Shown one piece after another: positions 59,606 to 64,000 of a DNA stretch of 64,000 bases. How positions within the stretch are numbered: the first letter of the stretch is position 1; every line of letters begins with the position of its first letter. The DNA is taken from NCBI GenBank assembly GCA_028283505.1, contig JAPOFX010000001.1, positions 137,127 through 201,126 of the forward strand, written 5' to 3'. The DNA is from Candidatus Poseidoniales archaeon. Lineage in GTDB: Archaea > Thermoplasmatota > Poseidoniia > Poseidoniales > Thalassarchaeaceae. The notes beneath the pieces were generated by a model. The model worked only from the letters and a program-made list of their open reading frames with translations. It did not search any database and was not told the origin of the DNA. Made by a program: the position numbers and the translations under genes.

Positions 59606-61048
59606 ATGACGCTCAGGGTATATGATACCAGGTCTCGTTCGAAGAGGGTTTTTACCCCCTTAGAAGAAGGTAAAATTGGAATCTACGCATGCGGGATTAC
59701 TCCTTATTCCCCGAGTCACATTGGACACGCCAGGCAGGCAATAGCATTCGACATAATCGTTAGGTGGCTAAGGAAGAGTGGCTATGATGTAAATTACATC
59801 TCGAATTTTACCGATATCGATGACAAGATAATCTCCGTATCACAGAAAGAAGGAGTGGATTTCTTGGTGGTGGCCAACAGAAACATAGAGGATTATTTCA
59901 CTGTGATGGATAAATTGAATGTGATTAGGGCCAACAGCTATCCCAGAGTCACAGAGACCATACCAGAGATAATTGAGATGATTGAGGAACTGATAAGAAA
60001 GAATCATGCCTATGTTTCTGCCGATGGGGTCTATTTTGAGATAGACACTGCCCCAGAAAAATATGGCCAATTAACAGGGCAGACTCTTGAAATGGTCAGA
60101 AAAGGAGCCGGAGGAAGAGTCGGTAAATCCGGGACAGGAAAGAGGGACCATCGGGATTTCGCATTATGGAAGGCGGCCAAAGAGGGGGAGCCTAGCTGGG
60201 ATAGTCCATGGGGTGCTGGAAGGCCTGGTTGGCACATAGAGTGCTCTGCGATGTCTTTGAAACACCTCGGGGAGAGATTCGACATACATGGAGGGGGTTC
60301 CGATCTGCTATTCCCTCATCATGAAGCGGAGATATTCCAATCCGAATGCTGCCTCGGACATGATCCAGTAGTCCAATACTGGTTGCACAATGGAATGATA
60401 AATGTTGATGGAGAAAAGATGAGTAAATCAGATGGTAATTTCTGGACTGTTAGGGATGCGCTTGTGTCAATCGATCCGATGGTCCTTAGGTATGCATTAA
60501 TCAATGCCCCGTATAGGCAACCAGTAGACTTCAATGCTGTGATGATCGAAGACTCAACAACACACTACGGCCGTCTAATTTCCTCGTACTCAGAGGCTCT
60601 CCACATCTCACATGGAGAGCATAGTAGCTACAATGATATTGAGTCCTTAGCTCATTCTTCTGAGAGGGTAACTAATGGGATGAATGATGATTTCAATACT
60701 AGAACGGCCCTTGTTGAAATACAAACTATCGTCAAGGAGCTTTCCTCACTTCTTCAGTCTAATGCTAGAGAGCCTAAGGTTATCGGTGGCTATGTTTCGT
60801 GGTTGGAGGAATTCGCAGGGGAAGTATTGGGGATTTTGCCCCCGAGGAATGAGGCATTAGAGTTCTATGGACGTAAGCTTTCCAGAAGATCCGAAATTGA
60901 ACCTGAGGTTAGTAAGCTTCTGGAGATGAGGGAGAATGCGAGGGCATCAAAGGATTGGTCCGAGTCAGATAGAATCAGAGACGAGCTTAATGAGATGGGT
61001 GTAACTGTTGAAGACAGCCCCGAGGGAACAAAATGGCGAATTATCTGA
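59606..61048 (+). CDS. cysS: Cysteine-tRNA ligase
   Basis: CGITPY..SHIGH, DFALWK, GRPGWHIECS, FPHHE, KMSKS. Confidence 0.97.
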   Translation: MTLRVYDTRSRSKRVFTPLEEGKIGIYACGITPYSPSHIGHARQAIAFDIIVRWLRKSGYDVNYISNFTDIDDKIISVSQKEGVDFLVVANRNIEDYFTVMDKLNVIRANSYPRVTETIPEIIEMIEELIRKNHAYVSADGVYFEIDTAPEKYGQLTGQTLEMVRKGAGGRVGKSGTGKRDHRDFALWKAAKEGEPSWDSPWGAGRPGWHIECSAMSLKHLGERFDIHGGGSDLLFPHHEAEIFQSECCLGHDPVVQYWLHNGMINVDGEKMSKSDGNFWTVRDALVSIDPMVLRYALINAPYRQPVDFNAVMIEDSTTHYGRLISSYSEALHISHGEHSSYNDIESLAHSSERVTNGMNDDFNTRTALVEIQTIVKELSSLLQSNAREPKVIGGYVSWLEEFAGEVLGILPPRNEALEFYGRKLSRRSEIEPEVSKLLEMRENARASKDWSESDRIRDELNEMGVTVEDSPEGTKWRII

Positions 61049-61063
61049 GACGGAATGCCCAAA

Positions 61064-63613
61064 TCACTCTTTTTCTCTGCTCAATAGATTGAAATTTCCT
61101 CGATTCAGGACCGCTAAGAAACCTATGACTAGAATAATTCCAATGGTTGCCTGTATTACAAAACCGTCCTCGCTTGAATCGCCTTCTCCCGCATCTCCAT
61201 CCTGCCCGGAATCTCCGAATGAGTTATCCTGAATGTACTCGACATTGTGCCTACATTCGACTTCTGCGGGATAATCCCCAGCATCTGTACAAATTCTTCC
61301 GGGTATAGTAAAGGATTTAGATACTTCAAGCTGACAGAATGTTGCCAATCCTGAAACAATACAATCTTCCGTTTCCTCCATAACTACTAGTATGGAGCCA
61401 CAAAGGAGCTTCTGCCCTTCTCTTTCCACTAGGGACGGATGCTCTGAAAGACATTCTTCGAGATGCACACCTTCATCCAGAGTTGTGATGTGGGGGACGT
61501 ATCCGCCTCTTGGTCCATAACTGTCGAAAAAGTCAGGGAGGGTTGGACGACTGACAACCATGGGCCCGTCACCATCAGAGATATTTGTCACTATGGGGTC
61601 AGCCCCTCCTACCGTACCGCCAATTCTGTGCCCCTCTTCATCAAGCTCTATATCATAGAATTCAGACCATAAATCGATATTCCTTCCTTTCTGAAAAGAA
61701 GGAGTCCTATTCAGAACATCGAAGTATCTCTCGTCCCCCATTGTGAAGAGATATTCGATAGGAACGTCCTTGCCATCATTACAACCACTTAGGTAGTCTA
61801 TCATTTCTGAGTAAGATTGCTGAGCCTCAGGAACGCCTTCGTAAGTTATGTCAATCGCTTTCGAAAAACCTTCTCCATGGATTATCTCTGTCTCATCATC
61901 CAAAGCCTGCATTATGTCTACGTCTCCAAAAACGGGGAGTCCGCCAACAACAACCAATCTGACATCAGGGTCCACCGCCTCAATCACATTTCTGTATGGA
62001 TCCGCCTCAAATGTGTCCAATACGACTAGGTCGGCGGCAAGTCCCTCTCTGATCCTGCCAGTATATTCCGACCAACCAATTGCATCAACTATGTTAGTAG
62101 TAATTGTCTGAACCAACTCAAAATCTGTGAATATATCACCCAGTACGTTCCTGTCCCACCAATCAGCTGTCTTCAGCTCATGCATGGAGCTCTTTGAGCC
62201 AGAAGGAGACCAATCCGGACCAATCATGATGTTAACTCCCTCCGTCTTTGCAGTCGCTATATCTGTGGTTTCCCCATATAGGAGAAGGTTGGATGTGGGA
62301 GACCATGCAAGGCTTCCCCCAACAGATCCCAATGCTGAGAATTCAGTCTGGGTTAATCCCGTACCATGAATTATTACTATCTCCCCTACGAGAAGGTTAT
62401 TTTCAACAAGAATATCAAACTCCGCTCTGCTGGACTCATCGATTCCCTCGGCGAGATGTATGAACCATGCATTTAGACTTCCAGATGAATTTCTGTCCTT
62501 TATGTGGTTGCCTTCATACTCTGATTCCAACTCTGTTACCTTTGTCCATATCCCATCTCCACCGAAATTGTAGAGCTCTATGTTTCTCGCAAGCATTGTC
62601 TCAAATGTGTCCGTGTTTCGATTTGCACTTCCTTGCAAGGCGGTATTGCCACCTGCTATCGCTCTTAATTCAGCAAACCTCATCGCAGATGAATCTTCAA
62701 TAGAGCAACCAATATCTTTGGCATCACTGTATCCTGAATAAGATTGCCACTGATATCTATTATCCCACCCTTCGGTTCCATGGTCCCAGAGTGGGATCAA
62801 ATTGTATTTTGCATGATTGTGCGGATCTATAAAACCCGGGTAAATGGTACCACTAGTGGGAATTGATATCACTCCTTCCGCTGATTCTGGTTCCGGTTCA
62901 GAGGAGCTCCAAATTTCCTGAATCATTCCATCAACAATCAGTATCCTTCCATCGTCTATGACGTCATTTTGTGACTCCATGGTCACAATCCTTCCCTCTA
63001 AAATGTATTCCCCTCTGTGAATATTATCCTCTTCCGGCTGTTGAGGGTAACAGCTCCCCATCAAATGATTGACACCTACCCATTCTTGATCATTGGGGCC
63101 TCCTGGAGTTGGACTTTGGTCAGAGAGCTTTGACCAGCTACCATTAGCAGCGTATCCATAGGGTATGCCGTAGTCCGAGTCTTCAGCATCATAGCTTACA
63201 GAATCTATTTCAGCACCGGCTTGATTAGTGATTCTGACTGTATCTCCTTCCCAGTAATTGAATTCGATCTGTGTCTGCGCCCTGTAGAATACCACATATG
63301 ATCCTGGTTCCATGACAGTCCCCCAGGCAATGCTGCACATTGGCGAACCGCCATTCTCCAAGTCATCTATCCACCATCCCCCTATATCTATTGCAGAATC
63401 AGTGGGGTTGTGCAATTCCAGGAACTGATTGGAAAACCTTCCAATTTCTCCATCTCCATTCCAATCTATCCCCCCGTACTCCTCACTATTTGGAGATACG
63501 TATATTTCGTTGATAATGACTGAATCACCAGCTCCTTGCGCTGAAGTAGTGATAATCGGCGATGATACCACTAGAATCATAAAGGCAGTCACGACAATTG
63601 ACCCGGCGCGCAT
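61064..63613 (-). CDS. Membrane-anchored lamin-tail-domain + amidohydrolase protein
   Basis: Signal peptide; VIINEI...FLELHNP...IDIGGWWI (LTD); PGFIDPHNH, HLAEG, IHG, GPDW, GLAADLVV; C-terminal TM. Confidence 0.82.
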   Translation of the reverse strand: MRAGSIVVTAFMILVVSSPIITTSAQGAGDSVIINEIYVSPNSEEYGGIDWNGDGEIGRFSNQFLELHNPTDSAIDIGGWWIDDLENGGSPMCSIAWGTVMEPGSYVVFYRAQTQIEFNYWEGDTVRITNQAGAEIDSVSYDAEDSDYGIPYGYAANGSWSKLSDQSPTPGGPNDQEWVGVNHLMGSCYPQQPEEDNIHRGEYILEGRIVTMESQNDVIDDGRILIVDGMIQEIWSSSEPEPESAEGVISIPTSGTIYPGFIDPHNHAKYNLIPLWDHGTEGWDNRYQWQSYSGYSDAKDIGCSIEDSSAMRFAELRAIAGGNTALQGSANRNTDTFETMLARNIELYNFGGDGIWTKVTELESEYEGNHIKDRNSSGSLNAWFIHLAEGIDESSRAEFDILVENNLLVGEIVIIHGTGLTQTEFSALGSVGGSLAWSPTSNLLLYGETTDIATAKTEGVNIMIGPDWSPSGSKSSMHELKTADWWDRNVLGDIFTDFELVQTITTNIVDAIGWSEYTGRIREGLAADLVVLDTFEADPYRNVIEAVDPDVRLVVVGGLPVFGDVDIMQALDDETEIIHGEGFSKAIDITYEGVPEAQQSYSEMIDYLSGCNDGKDVPIEYLFTMGDERYFDVLNRTPSFQKGRNIDLWSEFYDIELDEEGHRIGGTVGGADPIVTNISDGDGPMVVSRPTLPDFFDSYGPRGGYVPHITTLDEGVHLEECLSEHPSLVEREGQKLLCGSILVVMEETEDCIVSGLATFCQLEVSKSFTIPGRICTDAGDYPAEVECRHNVEYIQDNSFGDSGQDGDAGEGDSSEDGFVIQATIGIILVIGFLAVLNRGNFNLLSREKE

Positions 63614-63703
63614 GATATCCCGACGGAATGATATGACTTCAACCCAACTATGCAGGAGCATTGAGTGCGAAGTGCGAAATAGCACTATTTCTGCCCAGCC
63701 ACC

Positions 63704-64000
63704 ATGTCTGGCATTAGGTCTACCTGTGTCGCACTCGTTACAATCATGCTCTCCTCTGTTTCCCTGTCTGGATGTATACATGATGCAATTATTGAGAATC
63801 TGAGTGCCCCATATCCAAAATGGTACGAAGAAATGGAATTTATCGATGACCCGATGAGTCACACAGACTCCTGTTTCAGTACTCCTTGTGTGAGAAATTT
63901 CACAATAGGAGAGCCATTTTCAGATGAAATCTGGGACGAGACTGGCAACAAATGGGCGGTATTTGGGAATGTCGAGGGAGGCAATTGCTGTGAACACTAC
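63704..64000 (+). CDS. Hypothetical lipoprotein, 3'-truncated (absent from the ORF track)
   Basis: Open frame MSGIRSTCVALVTIMLSSVSLSGCIHD...GGNCCEHY to the window end; lipobox LSGC. Confidence 0.7.
   Translation, partial: MSGIRSTCVALVTIMLSSVSLSGCIHDAIIENLSAPYPKWYEEMEFIDDPMSHTDSCFSTPCVRNFTIGEPFSDEIWDETGNKWAVFGNVEGGNCCEHY

Noticed and set aside
63614..63862. 83-aa N-terminal extension of the amidohydrolase ORF
   Set aside because: The signal peptide starts at 63613 and the extension overlaps a divergent lipoprotein gene

Overview
Gene-dense archaeal chromosomal segment of moderate GC (by eye). TBP, archaeal AroA'/AroB'/GHMP-type shikimate kinase, RibL, SepF, mevalonate kinase, a bacterial-type GpsA and many very acidic lipobox/PGF-anchored surface proteins point to Marine Group II (Ca. 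Poseidoniales, Thermoplasmatota); this assignment is inferred. Contents in order: Phn-type ABC transporter, gpsA, tRNA-Leu(TAG), a Ca-binding surface protein with LDLa-like repeats plus an ABC exporter, xth, a partial shikimate operon, a MoxR/DUF58 cluster, an hcrCAB-like molybdo-flavoenzyme with regulator and Moco maturation genes, a fused 2-oxoacid dehydrogenase E1 with a Zn-ribbon extension, a riboflavin/FAD cluster, a subtilase-MFS transporter fusion, a membrane PPase, nth, bcp, sepF, a PKD/CARDB protein, TBP with a large insertion, mvk, a FadF-like Fe-S protein, cysS and a lamin-tail-domain amidohydrolase. No mobile element, CRISPR array or rRNA was seen. The most notable items are the S8 protease-AmpG-like MFS fusion, the 4-hydroxybenzoyl-CoA-reductase-like locus, the Zn-ribbon E1 fusion and the TBP insertion. 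All calls come from reading motifs by eye; no searches were run.
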